Below, piece by piece: positions 23,872 to 32,000 of a DNA stretch of 32,000 nt. Position 1 is the first letter of the stretch. Each line of letters opens with the position of its first letter. The notes under the pieces are model-generated. The model did no database searches, was not told where the DNA came from, and worked only from the letters and a program-made list of their open reading frames with translations. The stretch comes from Alphaproteobacteria bacterium. Its GTDB lineage: Bacteria > Pseudomonadota > Alphaproteobacteria > Rs-D84. The stretch is taken from the NCBI GenBank assembly GCA_017475605.1, contig JAFVFD010000002.1, positions 180,001 to 212,000 on the forward strand, given 5' to 3'. A program made the translations under genes and the position numbers.

Positions 23872-24327
23872 ATGGCAGGCAGCATTAACAAAGTAATATT
23901 GGTTGGTAACGTGGGTCAAGACCCCCAGGTTCGCTCTATGCAGAGTGGCCAAAAAGTAGTCAGTTTTTCACTAGCGACATCGGATCGTTGGCGCGACCGC
24001 ACATCCGGCGAACAGAAAGAACAGACCGAATGGCATCGTGTTGTTATCTTTAATCCAAACTTGGTCGAAGTTGCCGAACGCATGTTACAGAAAGGAACCA
24101 AATTGTACTTGGAAGGCTCTCTGCGTACACGCAAGTGGCAAAATCAGCAAGGTGTTGACACATTCACAACAGAAGTTGTTTTGAATCCATACGCGGGTCA
24201 AATGATTATACTTGGTGGGGCCAAGGCTATGGACGGTACCGCGGGCGAATATGCCGCACAATCTGCGCCGGCACAACCACGCGAAGAAGTAACCCCATCA
24301 CAAATTGATGACGATATTCCGTTTTAA
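23872..24327 (+). CDS. ssb: single-stranded DNA-binding protein
   Basis: MAGSINKVILVGNVGQDPQVR...TEWHRVVIF OB fold, with the acidic tip DDDIPF. Confidence 0.97.
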   Translation: MAGSINKVILVGNVGQDPQVRSMQSGQKVVSFSLATSDRWRDRTSGEQKEQTEWHRVVIFNPNLVEVAERMLQKGTKLYLEGSLRTRKWQNQQGVDTFTTEVVLNPYAGQMIILGGAKAMDGTAGEYAAQSAPAQPREEVTPSQIDDDIPF

Positions 24328-24343
24328 TGGAATAAAGATTCAA

Positions 24344-24377
24344 TAAAAAAACACCGCCCGTTTGGGCGGTGTTTTTA
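24344..24377. terminator. bidirectional rho-independent terminator
   Basis: acaccgccc (24351-24359), loop gttt, gggcggtgt (24364-24372). Same 9-bp stem as the terminator at 1634-1655. Confidence 0.85.
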
Positions 24378-24400
24378 AAAATTATTATCATTAATCAGAT

Positions 24401-24973
24401 TTAAGAATTGTCGTCGTCATCCGGTTCTTCATCTTCGTCATCGTCTTCTTCGACGGCATTAAGGTCTATTTCCTTTGGCACACCCAAAATATCTTCGATT
24501 TTGTCGGATGCCGCTTCTAAATCAATTTTGTGTAAAACGGCAAATTCCTGGGCCATGCGTTCCAATGCACGCAAATATAATTGACGCGCGGAAAATGTCA
24601 TTGTATCCGATGCACTGCGACGTTGTAAATCACGTACAACCTCGGCCAGTTTCATGGGATCGCCCGAATTAATATTTTCTTCGTACTGCTGTGCGCGACG
24701 CGCCCAAATCATACGCTTGGCACCCGCCTTGCCCTTGGCAGACGCAATTGCTTCATCCATTTTTTTCACAGATGTCAATGGACGCAAACCGGAAATTTCC
24801 GCACGTTCAACCGGGACACGCAATGTCATGTGGTTGCGTTCAAAATCAATCACCAACATTTTGATTTTCTGATCACCGATTGTTTGTTCTTCGACACGCA
24901 GTAATTTTCCAACACCCTGGGTTGGATAAACAACATATTGTCCAGTTTTAAAATCTAACTTCTTACTTGGCAT
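24401..24973 (-). CDS. carD: CarD/CdnL-family RNA-polymerase-binding transcription regulator with acidic C-terminal tail
   Basis: FKTGQYVVYPTQGVGKLLRVEEQTIGDQKIKMLVIDFERNHMTLRVPV (Tudor-like RID), then the helical CarD_C domain. The tail is VEEDDDEDEEPDDDDNS. Confidence 0.9.
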   Translation of the reverse strand: MPSKKLDFKTGQYVVYPTQGVGKLLRVEEQTIGDQKIKMLVIDFERNHMTLRVPVERAEISGLRPLTSVKKMDEAIASAKGKAGAKRMIWARRAQQYEENINSGDPMKLAEVVRDLQRRSASDTMTFSARQLYLRALERMAQEFAVLHKIDLEAASDKIEDILGVPKEIDLNAVEEDDDEDEEPDDDDNS

Positions 24974-25015
24974 ATAAACACCCTTTTATATGTTGCCATT
25001 CTCCCTGTCGGATAC

Positions 25016-25024
25016 ATTATATCA
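25016..25024 (-). promoter_or_regulatory. extended -10 TGATATAAT (candidate carD promoter)
   Basis: Plus strand attatatca at 25016-25024, about 42 nt upstream of the ATG at 24973. Confidence 0.4.
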
Positions 25025-25053
25025 CAAAAAACCCGAAAAACAAATATTTGACA

Positions 25054-25088
25054 CAAAAAAATAATGGGGCAATTTTCCGCCCCATTAT
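25054..25088 (-). terminator. rho-independent terminator after the 25107-25649 gene
   Basis: ataatggggc (25061-25070), 8-nt loop, gccccattat (25079-25088). A T-run follows on the minus strand. Confidence 0.75.
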
Positions 25089-25106
25089 TATTCAATAAAA
25101 CACCCC

Positions 25107-25649
25107 CTAGCGCGTGATACGACGCATAGTGCCGGTACGACGAACACTGGATTTCATTACAGTATTTGCCCCGCCCGTAGACGATGTTACACAAACCCAT
25201 TCGCCATCACGCAAAATAGCCGATTCGCCACTTGCACATTCTGGTTTTTCCAGACGCCATGCGAAACAAGACCCCTTTTGATACGCCTTGTATGTTGAAC
25301 CATCATCGGAACCACGCACATAAATCCCCAGGTCCGCATTCCATTCGCCCGCAGGTTCGCCCGCACACCATTTGCGCTCACCAAAACATTCAACCGTTTC
25401 GCGCCCATCGGTTACTTCGGACAATTTATCAACATAGCCAGATGCCACCTTGACCCCGGAACCCATGGCCTTGTTCGTTTCCAGGTCGCGACACCATAAT
25501 TTCACACATTCACGTGCATTTATGCCATCAATCTTGTTATGCGATGCCAAAACATACCCCGCCCCACATGAAAATGACGCGGCCGCCATCGCCGGCATTA
25601 CACCCGCAAACAGACACAAACCGATTATGGAACAAAATATTTTCTTCAT
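25107..25649 (-). CDS. secreted cysteine-rich hypothetical protein (180 aa)
   Basis: Signal peptide MKKIFCSIIGLCLFAGVMPAMAAA. About 10 Cys in the mature part. Basic C-terminus. No family recognised. Confidence 0.6.
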   Translation of the reverse strand: MKKIFCSIIGLCLFAGVMPAMAAASFSCGAGYVLASHNKIDGINARECVKLWCRDLETNKAMGSGVKVASGYVDKLSEVTDGRETVECFGERKWCAGEPAGEWNADLGIYVRGSDDGSTYKAYQKGSCFAWRLEKPECASGESAILRDGEWVCVTSSTGGANTVMKSSVRRTGTMRRITR

Positions 25650-25669
25650 AACTTTCTCTCTTGCTTTTT

Positions 25670-25698
25670 ATTTTACACGAAATTAACGCAAATTCCAA
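25670..25698 (-). promoter_or_regulatory. candidate promoter TTGGAA-N17-TAAAAT
   Basis: On the minus strand, TTGGAA is plus 25693-25698 and TAAAAT is plus 25670-25675. Upstream of the ATG at 25649. Confidence 0.35.
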
Positions 25699-25707
25699 AT
25701 GTTTTTA

Positions 25708-26139
25708 TTATTGCCCCAATCCCGCCGGTGTAAATCGACCAACATTGTTGAACAATTCCTGTAGCGCGTTAAGTTCAATTGCCGCCGGTATTTTGGTTTC
25801 ACCCGCCGCCGCCCGAACATTTGGCAGGTCCGCATCCTGTAAAACCTGTATCTTTTGGACACTGTTGCCACGCACCCATGCCAGCACAACCGTTTTATCG
25901 GTAAATGTGTGCGGTAACGGTCCGCGGTAGTTTTCATCGGCACCATAATATATCCAAACCTCGTCCCCGTACATAGTCTTGGTTTGTGGGTCGCCTATTT
26001 TATCACGCAATTGCGCAGTAGTTTTTATTTCCGTAATATCGGTATCAATGGTTGATGGGAAAACATAACCACGATGTTTGGTCTGGAAGGTACACGCAGA
26101 CAACACAACCAAAACTAAAACTGTTAATATTTTTTTCAT
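25708..26139 (-). CDS. bamE: outer membrane protein assembly factor BamE (SmpA/OmlA lipoprotein)
   Basis: Lipobox LVVLSAC, then HRGYVF...TTAQLRDKIGDPQTKT...WIYY and the C-terminal ELFNNVGRF motif seen in alphaproteobacterial BamE. Confidence 0.8.
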   Translation of the reverse strand: MKKILTVLVLVVLSACTFQTKHRGYVFPSTIDTDITEIKTTAQLRDKIGDPQTKTMYGDEVWIYYGADENYRGPLPHTFTDKTVVLAWVRGNSVQKIQVLQDADLPNVRAAAGETKIPAAIELNALQELFNNVGRFTPAGLGQ

Positions 26140-26141
26140 TT

Positions 26142-29100
26142 TTACCCCTCGCCATTTTCTTTAACTGGATTATTCGCATTCAACGCAAATTGCGCAATAT
26201 ATTTTTTCAATTCGTCTTTGTAACGATTATTCGCCTGGGCTTGCGCAACCAATTTGTCAAAGTTAGGATTCACCGCACGCGCCGCCCCAAAACGCGATTC
26301 TGTTTTAAGGAAATCTTCCAATGGCATCAGATTATCAACCGACGAATCCATGGCCAGTGGCGACTTTCCACTAAGTGCCAGGCGCGGATCAAACCGATAC
26401 AACGGCCATGCGCCCGTATTTACCAACATTTGCTGATGTTCAACCCCATTTTGTAATGCGAAACCATGCGCGATACATGGCGCATATGCCAAAATGATTG
26501 ATGGGCCGTTGAACGATTCCGCTTCGCGGAACGCACGAATCGCCTGGGCCTGATTTGCCCCCAGGGCAATTTGCGCGACATATGCGCCCGACATCATGGC
26601 AATCATACCCAAATCTTTCTTGGCGTGTTCCTTGCCACCAATCGCAAATTTCATCGATGCACCAAACGGTGTAGATTTTGATTGCTGGCCCCCGGTATTC
26701 GAATAACCTTCGGTATCCAAGACCAATATATTCACATTTTCACCACTGTGTAAAATATGGTCAACACCACCGTATCCAATATCGTATGCCCAACCATCGC
26801 CACCAATTATCCAAACCGATTTATCAACAATCGTGTCCAACAACGATTCCGCCGCCCGCGCGCGTGGGTCCTGGATACCGGCCAGATGCAATTGAACAAC
26901 ATGTTTAAGTTCGCGCTGTTTTACAACATCTGTTTCGGCGAATATTTTTTCAACATCTGGTATATTTAACTCAAACAAAAGGCCCTTTAACGCATCGCGT
27001 TTTTGATTTATTGCCAAACGCATCCCCAGGCCATATTCCGCATTATCTTCGAACAGCGAATTAGACCATGCCGGCCCACACCCGTTATCGTCCGTTGTCC
27101 ATGGGGTTGTCGGCAGGTTTCCACCATAAATAGATGAACAACCCGTTGCATTTGCGACCACCATACGATTTCCAAACAAATGCGCCAAAAGTTTTACATA
27201 CGGTGTTTCACCACACCCCGCACATGCGCCCGAAAACTCAAAATAGTGTGGCAATAATTCAACATGCTTTGGAATATTAAGATTTAATTTATCACGCGAA
27301 ATATCCGGCAATTTTACGGTCGCATCAAATGCAGCCTGATTTTCACGCGCATCCGCCATTGGTTTTAATGCCAGCGCATGAACCGGACAATTTTTCACGC
27401 ACACATTACAGCCCGTACAATCCGCCGGCGAAATACTTAATGTATAATACATATTCGGTCCCAATTCCGGCGTTTTCATCGGGACCACAATAATACCATT
27501 GGCGCGCGCATCGGCAACCTGGTCTTCTGTTAATGCCTTGATACGAATTGCCGCGTGCGGACAAAGCATTGAACATTTCCCGCACTGAATACATTTTTCC
27601 AAATCGACCGTCGCGACATTTTGCGCAATTGCGCGCTTTTCATATTTTGCCGTTCCAACCGGATATTGTCCCGCACCAAATTCGCCATCAACGCGGAACC
27701 GCGATACAGGTATCGCATCGCCCCGCCCCGCCGCAATTTCACCCAACGTTCCGGCAATTTCACTTGGCGCATCCGCCGTCATTGCCGGTGTCCAATCAGG
27801 TGCAAAATTTGATGGCGACGATGGCAAATCATATTTGACCAGGTATTTATCCGCATTATCAACCGCCGCCCAGTTCGCCGCAACAACATCCATACCCTTT
27901 TTCTTGTACGATTTTTCAATAGCAACCTTGGCCGCGGATGCCGCAATCGCGGGGTCGATAACATTTGTTAACCGGAAAAAGTTTAACATGATAAATGTGT
28001 TAATACGGTTACCAAAACCAAATTCCGCCGCCCCCCGATTCGCATCCAGGAAATAGACATTTGCGCGTAATCTTATAAGTTGTTCCTGGGCTTCGCGTGG
28101 CAGGTTTGCGAATGCCACATCCGGTGCCATCCCTGTATTAATCATAACCGTTCCACCGGCGCGCAGACCGCGGAATGTGTCAAACCGCTGGGCAATCATA
28201 AAATTAGAAATACTGATAAAATCGGCAACTTCTACCAAATACTGACTGCGAATAGGCTTGTCAGAAAAACGAATGTGCGATTGGGTAAGTCCCCCAGATT
28301 TTTTAGAATCATATACCGCGTATGATTGTGGGTACAGGTCGCTGTTTTCGCCAACAATTTTTACGATATTTTTAACCGCACCAACCGTTCCGTCCGAACC
28401 AATACCATACAACACCGCGGTTTTAAAGTTGTCATTTTGAACGGCAAATGCCGGGTCGGTTTTAAGCGACAGTCCGGTTAAATCATCATCAATTCCAACG
28501 GTAAAATTATGGTGTAATGTGCCACGCATCATATTTTCATAAATGGCCTTTACATCACGCGGTTTAAATTCCTTGGACCCCAGACCATATCGTCCCCCAA
28601 ATACATTTATCCCATTACCAACAATAGTCTTGATTGTTGTGTAAAGCGGTTCACCAATTGCACCCGGTTCCTTGGTTCGATCCAACACCGCGATATTTTT
28701 CACCGTTTTCGGCAATATTTGTAAGAAAGCATCCACCGGGAACGGCTGGAACAAGTGAACACGAATCAGCCCCAACCCCGCCGGCAACTGTTCCATTGTT
28801 TCTTCTATTGTTTCACAGGATGACCCCATGGATACAATCACGTGTTTGGCGCGTTTATCGCCGACATATTCCACAACCCCATACTTACGTCCAGTAAGGC
28901 TTGCAAATTCATCCATCACAGATTGGACTATTTCGGGTGTTTTTTCGTAAAGTGGGTTTGCGGCCTCGCGCGATTGGAAATATACATCTGGGTTCTGGGC
29001 GGTTCCGCGAATTGTTGGCTTTTCGGGTTTCATACCGCGATTGCGATTTGCGACAACCAAATCATCTGGCAATAATTTGCGCAAAACATCATCTTCTATA

Positions 29101-29648
29101 CGGCTAAGGCGCGATTCTTCATGACTGGTTCTGAAACCGTCAAAGAAATGAACAAAAGGCACCCGCGCGCGTAATGTTGCCGCATGGGCAATTGCCGCCA
29201 AGTCGTGTGCGGCCTGGACATTATGGGACGACAGCATCGCAAACCCCGTCGCACGTACCGACATAACATCACTGTGGTCGCCAAATATTGATAGCGCATG
29301 TGTTGCCAGCGCGCGCGCCGCCACGTGCATAACAAACGGCGTTTGTTCCCCGGCGATTTTGTACATATTCGGAATCATAAGCAACAATCCCTGGGACGCG
29401 GTAAACGTCGTCGCCAATGCGCCCATCTGTAATGCGCCATGCATCGCGCCGGCGGCACCACCTTCGGATTGCATTTCAATTATTTGTGGAATTGCCCCCC
29501 AGATATTCTTTTTATGCTGAAAAGCCCATTCATCCGCCAATTCCCCCATTGTCGAACTGGGGGTGATTGGATAAATTGCCGCAAAATCAACACAACGATA
29601 CGCGACATCCGCCGCCGCCCAATTTCCATCAACAATTAAATTTGCCAT
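26142..29648 (-). CDS. nifJ: pyruvate:ferredoxin (flavodoxin) oxidoreductase
   Basis: 1168-aa single-chain PFOR. Two 4Fe-4S ferredoxin motifs (CIQCGKCSMLCPH, CTGCNVCVKNCP) and a TPP-binging C-terminal domain (GGDGWAYDIGYGG). Confidence 0.95.
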   Translation of the reverse strand: MANLIVDGNWAAADVAYRCVDFAAIYPITPSSTMGELADEWAFQHKKNIWGAIPQIIEMQSEGGAAGAMHGALQMGALATTFTASQGLLLMIPNMYKIAGEQTPFVMHVAARALATHALSIFGDHSDVMSVRATGFAMLSSHNVQAAHDLAAIAHAATLRARVPFVHFFDGFRTSHEESRLSRIEDDVLRKLLPDDLVVANRNRGMKPEKPTIRGTAQNPDVYFQSREAANPLYEKTPEIVQSVMDEFASLTGRKYGVVEYVGDKRAKHVIVSMGSSCETIEETMEQLPAGLGLIRVHLFQPFPVDAFLQILPKTVKNIAVLDRTKEPGAIGEPLYTTIKTIVGNGINVFGGRYGLGSKEFKPRDVKAIYENMMRGTLHHNFTVGIDDDLTGLSLKTDPAFAVQNDNFKTAVLYGIGSDGTVGAVKNIVKIVGENSDLYPQSYAVYDSKKSGGLTQSHIRFSDKPIRSQYLVEVADFISISNFMIAQRFDTFRGLRAGGTVMINTGMAPDVAFANLPREAQEQLIRLRANVYFLDANRGAAEFGFGNRINTFIMLNFFRLTNVIDPAIAASAAKVAIEKSYKKKGMDVVAANWAAVDNADKYLVKYDLPSSPSNFAPDWTPAMTADAPSEIAGTLGEIAAGRGDAIPVSRFRVDGEFGAGQYPVGTAKYEKRAIAQNVATVDLEKCIQCGKCSMLCPHAAIRIKALTEDQVADARANGIIVVPMKTPELGPNMYYTLSISPADCTGCNVCVKNCPVHALALKPMADARENQAAFDATVKLPDISRDKLNLNIPKHVELLPHYFEFSGACAGCGETPYVKLLAHLFGNRMVVANATGCSSIYGGNLPTTPWTTDDNGCGPAWSNSLFEDNAEYGLGMRLAINQKRDALKGLLFELNIPDVEKIFAETDVVKQRELKHVVQLHLAGIQDPRARAAESLLDTIVDKSVWIIGGDGWAYDIGYGGVDHILHSGENVNILVLDTEGYSNTGGQQSKSTPFGASMKFAIGGKEHAKKDLGMIAMMSGAYVAQIALGANQAQAIRAFREAESFNGPSIILAYAPCIAHGFALQNGVEHQQMLVNTGAWPLYRFDPRLALSGKSPLAMDSSVDNLMPLEDFLKTESRFGAARAVNPNFDKLVAQAQANNRYKDELKKYIAQFALNANNPVKENGEG

Positions 29649-29672
29649 AATTTCCGTCCCTTTGGGTATATT

Positions 29673-29681
29673 TTTATATCA
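29673..29681 (-). promoter_or_regulatory. extended -10 TGATATAAA (candidate nifJ promoter)
   Basis: Plus strand tttatatca at 29673-29681, 24 nt upstream of the ATG at 29648. Confidence 0.4.
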
Positions 29682-29737
29682 CAAAAAAACATAGTAAAAC
29701 CCCAAAATAAAGGCAAGAAATATTCTTGACAAAATAC

Positions 29738-29771
29738 TTGACAAATAGAGTTTTTTGTATTATCTATTTGT
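29738..29771 (+). promoter_or_regulatory. promoter TTGACA-N17-TATCTA overlapped by a 9-bp inverted repeat (operator-like)
   Basis: ttgaca at 29738-29743 and tatcta at 29761-29766. The inverted repeat acaaataga (29741-29749) / tctatttgt (29763-29771) spans both promoter hexamers. A second TTGACA lies at 29726-29731. Confidence 0.45.
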
Positions 29772-29816
29772 ATGGGTCGGGCAGGATGGCCTTAACACAA
29801 CCAAACGGAGTGAAAA

Positions 29817-31640
29817 ATGAGAAATCCGACAAGAAAACAACAACGCGCTAAACAAAACGCTATAGAATCCAGAGAAAACGCATTAAAAAACCAATTGAAA
29901 CTGGACGAAAACGATGCGCAAAAAATAGAATATATTTTAAGTATGTTATTGGATCTTGATGCGAATAAAGCACGTGATATCATCAAAAACACCTCGTTTC
30001 GCTATTTGATTCAATCGCGCCAATCGGATACTGCAGACAAACAAAATTCTCTTAAATGTCCTTTGGCATTGCATGCCATTGTGGTTGCATTATCAACATC
30101 CGGCGAAGATATTAACAATATCTTGAGTGAAATGTCAGATTCTGCGATTAATTCATTGAAAGAATCTATCGCCATTGCAAAAACACAACCCTGTCCGGAC
30201 AAAGCGTCTATCAACAAACTTATTGCTGAGTATAAAGAAAAACGAAAAACAAAAAGAACTGACGAATGGCACACAGACAGCAATGGTGACACATATAAAG
30301 AATCACGCGCATTAACAAAAAACGAAATGCTGGATAACGAACGCAAATTAAAATCCGCCACCGTTACAGCAAACGTTATAGACTTATGGGACGATGCAAT
30401 AGCAGAGTTGGACAAATGGTCTGTTGCCGTTGATACTTTCAAACGCGATTCACAAACTGTTGAACAGCAACAAATTGGGGCGCGAAAAGACCCATCTGAT
30501 AATCAGAAACAAGGCCAAACCGTTCCTGATGAAATATTGTTTATGCGGGTTGGCGAATTTTTGTCTGTTCGTACGGCAAATCGCCTTAAAGAAGCCGGCA
30601 TTGAATATATATGTGATTTGATTCAATATGGCAAATCTAACGTTAAAAAAATACACGGATTAGGTCCAAAGGGATATCACGAAATCTTTTCGTACCTGTT
30701 GCCGCGACACCTTGGCTTAGGGTCTGATATAACGCTGTCTGATGAATCTTTACAGGCGATTAAAAAATTCAAATCTAATCTGGCCAATACCGACAAGTTA
30801 GATTTGGATATCCGCGAAACTAATTTGTCAAAACGTACAAAAAATTGCTTGTTGGGTGCTGGTATTAAGACTATTGGCGAATTAATCAAAAAGACCAAAG
30901 AAGAACTGTATAAAATACGTGGCTTTGGTCGTCGCTCAATGGTTGATATCGAAGACATGTTGAATAAAATGGATTTAAAATTAGCAACGCCGATAACTGC
31001 AAAACCAGATTTATCACAAATTCGCATCGCGGATTTGCGCTTTTTGGGTTGCGCCAAGAATCCTTTGATTGTCGGCGGTATTGATACTGTTGATAAGTTA
31101 ATCAAAAAGAACAAACAAGAACTGCGTAAAATACGTGGTTTGGGTCCCAAAGCGATTCAGAATATTATTTACTCTTTGGAAAAAATGGGTCTAGAATTGG
31201 CCAAGCCAACACCTAGAAAAACAAAAACTGTTAAAAAGCCACAAGTGGTTACTGCCCAACCCAAAACAATGTTAGACGTCAAAGCATTAGAAGCGCAGTT
31301 GGCTGCATTGGTTGAATTATATAAAAATGCCGAAGAAGACATGGCCAATGCCAAAACAAGACGTTTGGCAATCATGATGCAAATTGGCGAACAAAGCGAT
31401 GATGATAAGAAAATCGAACAACTGTCCGATGCATTACAAACCGAAAACGCATCTATTAAAGAACATGCTGTTACGATGGAAAATTTGCGTCCTGCAAAAG
31501 AATTGTCAGACAAACTAACCGCCGCAAAAAATGCTAAAAATGATGCACAAAAAGCATTAGATGCAGCAGAATCAACACTGCAATCTTTAAACACAGAGAT
31601 AGCAGCATTGTTGGCACAAGCAAAACAAAATTCTAAATAA
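29817..31640 (+). CDS. protein with three RpoA alpha-CTD-like helix-hairpin-helix modules and a C-terminal coiled coil
   Basis: Modules at about aa 239-302 (LSVRTANRLKEAGIEYICDLI...IHGLGPKGYHEI), 329-390 (LSKRTKNCLLGAGIKTIGELI...IRGFGRRSMVDI) and 401-462 (CAKNPLIVGGIDTVDKLI...IRGLGPKAIQNI). Compare E. coli RpoA VRSANCLKAENIHYIGDLV...NLGKKSLTEI. GGAG Shine-Dalgarno sequence upstream. Confidence 0.7.
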   Translation: MRNPTRKQQRAKQNAIESRENALKNQLKLDENDAQKIEYILSMLLDLDANKARDIIKNTSFRYLIQSRQSDTADKQNSLKCPLALHAIVVALSTSGEDINNILSEMSDSAINSLKESIAIAKTQPCPDKASINKLIAEYKEKRKTKRTDEWHTDSNGDTYKESRALTKNEMLDNERKLKSATVTANVIDLWDDAIAELDKWSVAVDTFKRDSQTVEQQQIGARKDPSDNQKQGQTVPDEILFMRVGEFLSVRTANRLKEAGIEYICDLIQYGKSNVKKIHGLGPKGYHEIFSYLLPRHLGLGSDITLSDESLQAIKKFKSNLANTDKLDLDIRETNLSKRTKNCLLGAGIKTIGELIKKTKEELYKIRGFGRRSMVDIEDMLNKMDLKLATPITAKPDLSQIRIADLRFLGCAKNPLIVGGIDTVDKLIKKNKQELRKIRGLGPKAIQNIIYSLEKMGLELAKPTPRKTKTVKKPQVVTAQPKTMLDVKALEAQLAALVELYKNAEEDMANAKTRRLAIMMQIGEQSDDDKKIEQLSDALQTENASIKEHAVTMENLRPAKELSDKLTAAKNAKNDAQKALDAAESTLQSLNTEIAALLAQAKQNSK

Positions 31641-31656
31641 AAAAAAGGATACCTTA

Positions 31657-32000
31657 ATGGCGAATTTCGATATTAAACCATCAAAATGGCTGAACGAATC
31701 TAAACAAGGCAACTTTGTGTTCGCACCCGTTGGGAATGTTTGTAATGTCCAGATTTTTGATAAAATCAGCATGGAAAAATGCGCAGAAATGTTGGGCAAC
31801 CTGGCACAAATAATTGCGCAATTACCCGCAAAACCAATTTATACAGCATCGGCAAAAATTGTATCACCATACGACATATCGCCAGATATATTCGTTTTTG
31901 ATGTTATGATTAATTCTAGTGGTGGCGATGTAAATGTATATAAATCAATTTCGTCATTGTTTGCATTGGCAAAATCACGTGGCGCGATTGTTCGCACCCA
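31657..32000 (+). CDS. ClpP/S49-like serine peptidase, N-terminal part (runs off the right edge)
   Basis: Not in the ORF track because there is no stop in the window. ATG at 31657 after an AAGGA Shine-Dalgarno sequence. Translation ...VQIFDKISMEKCAEMLGNLAQI...IFVFDVMINSSGGDVNVYKSISSLFALAKSRGAIVRT matches the ClpP-fold INSPGG region. The catalytic Ser lies beyond the window. Confidence 0.6.
   Translation, partial: MANFDIKPSKWLNESKQGNFVFAPVGNVCNVQIFDKISMEKCAEMLGNLAQIIAQLPAKPIYTASAKIVSPYDISPDIFVFDVMINSSGGDVNVYKSISSLFALAKSRGAIVRT

Noticed and set aside
1-32000. CRISPR arrays, rRNA genes, transposases/IS elements, integrases, toxin-antitoxin pairs
   Set aside because: I saw no regularly spaced direct repeats, no rRNA-like conserved stretches, and no ORF with DDE, tyrosine-recombinase or serine-recombinase motifs. 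I also saw no small adjacent ORF pairs with toxin-antitoxin character.

Overview
The window is mostly a housekeeping chromosomal segment from a Gram-negative bacterium. The gene set suggests an alphaproteobacterium-like lineage with anaerobic metabolism, but this is only an inference. Supporting genes: BamE with the C-terminal LFNNVGRF-type motif, CarD/CdnL, an Omp25/31-like porin, TspO, RodZ, FtsB, RlmE, and a PFOR. Recognisable genes are aroK (partial), prfA, hisS, a YgjP/DUF45 metallopeptidase, tkt, rnhA, rlmE, uvrA, a rodZ-like gene, dus, ftsB, tspO, tRNA-Arg(UCU), tRNA-Pro(UGG), rho, ssb, carD, bamE and nifJ/PFOR. Many genes are preceded by an extended -10 element (TGaTATAAT). Several ATGs sit 7-9 nt after that element with no Shine-Dalgarno sequence, so these mRNAs may be leaderless. 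Between the core genes are visibly AT-richer accessory pieces and oddities. (1) An unclassified ~215-nt structured leader with terminator/antiterminator logic lies upstream of a small porin gene. (2) A stand-alone, diverged SRP54 M-domain protein. (3) A single-gene low-GC islet abutting tRNA-Pro encodes an HNH nuclease with unknown flanking domains. (4) A low-GC block at the right edge encodes a protein with three RpoA alpha-CTD-like modules plus a coiled coil, followed by a ClpP-like peptidase. (5) Several cysteine-rich secreted proteins, one with GCC2_GCC3/TNFR-like modules. (6) Two 33-bp repeats bracket a promoter. No CRISPR array, rRNA, transposase or integrase was seen. All calls rest on reading the sequence and recalling family motifs. 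No database search was run.
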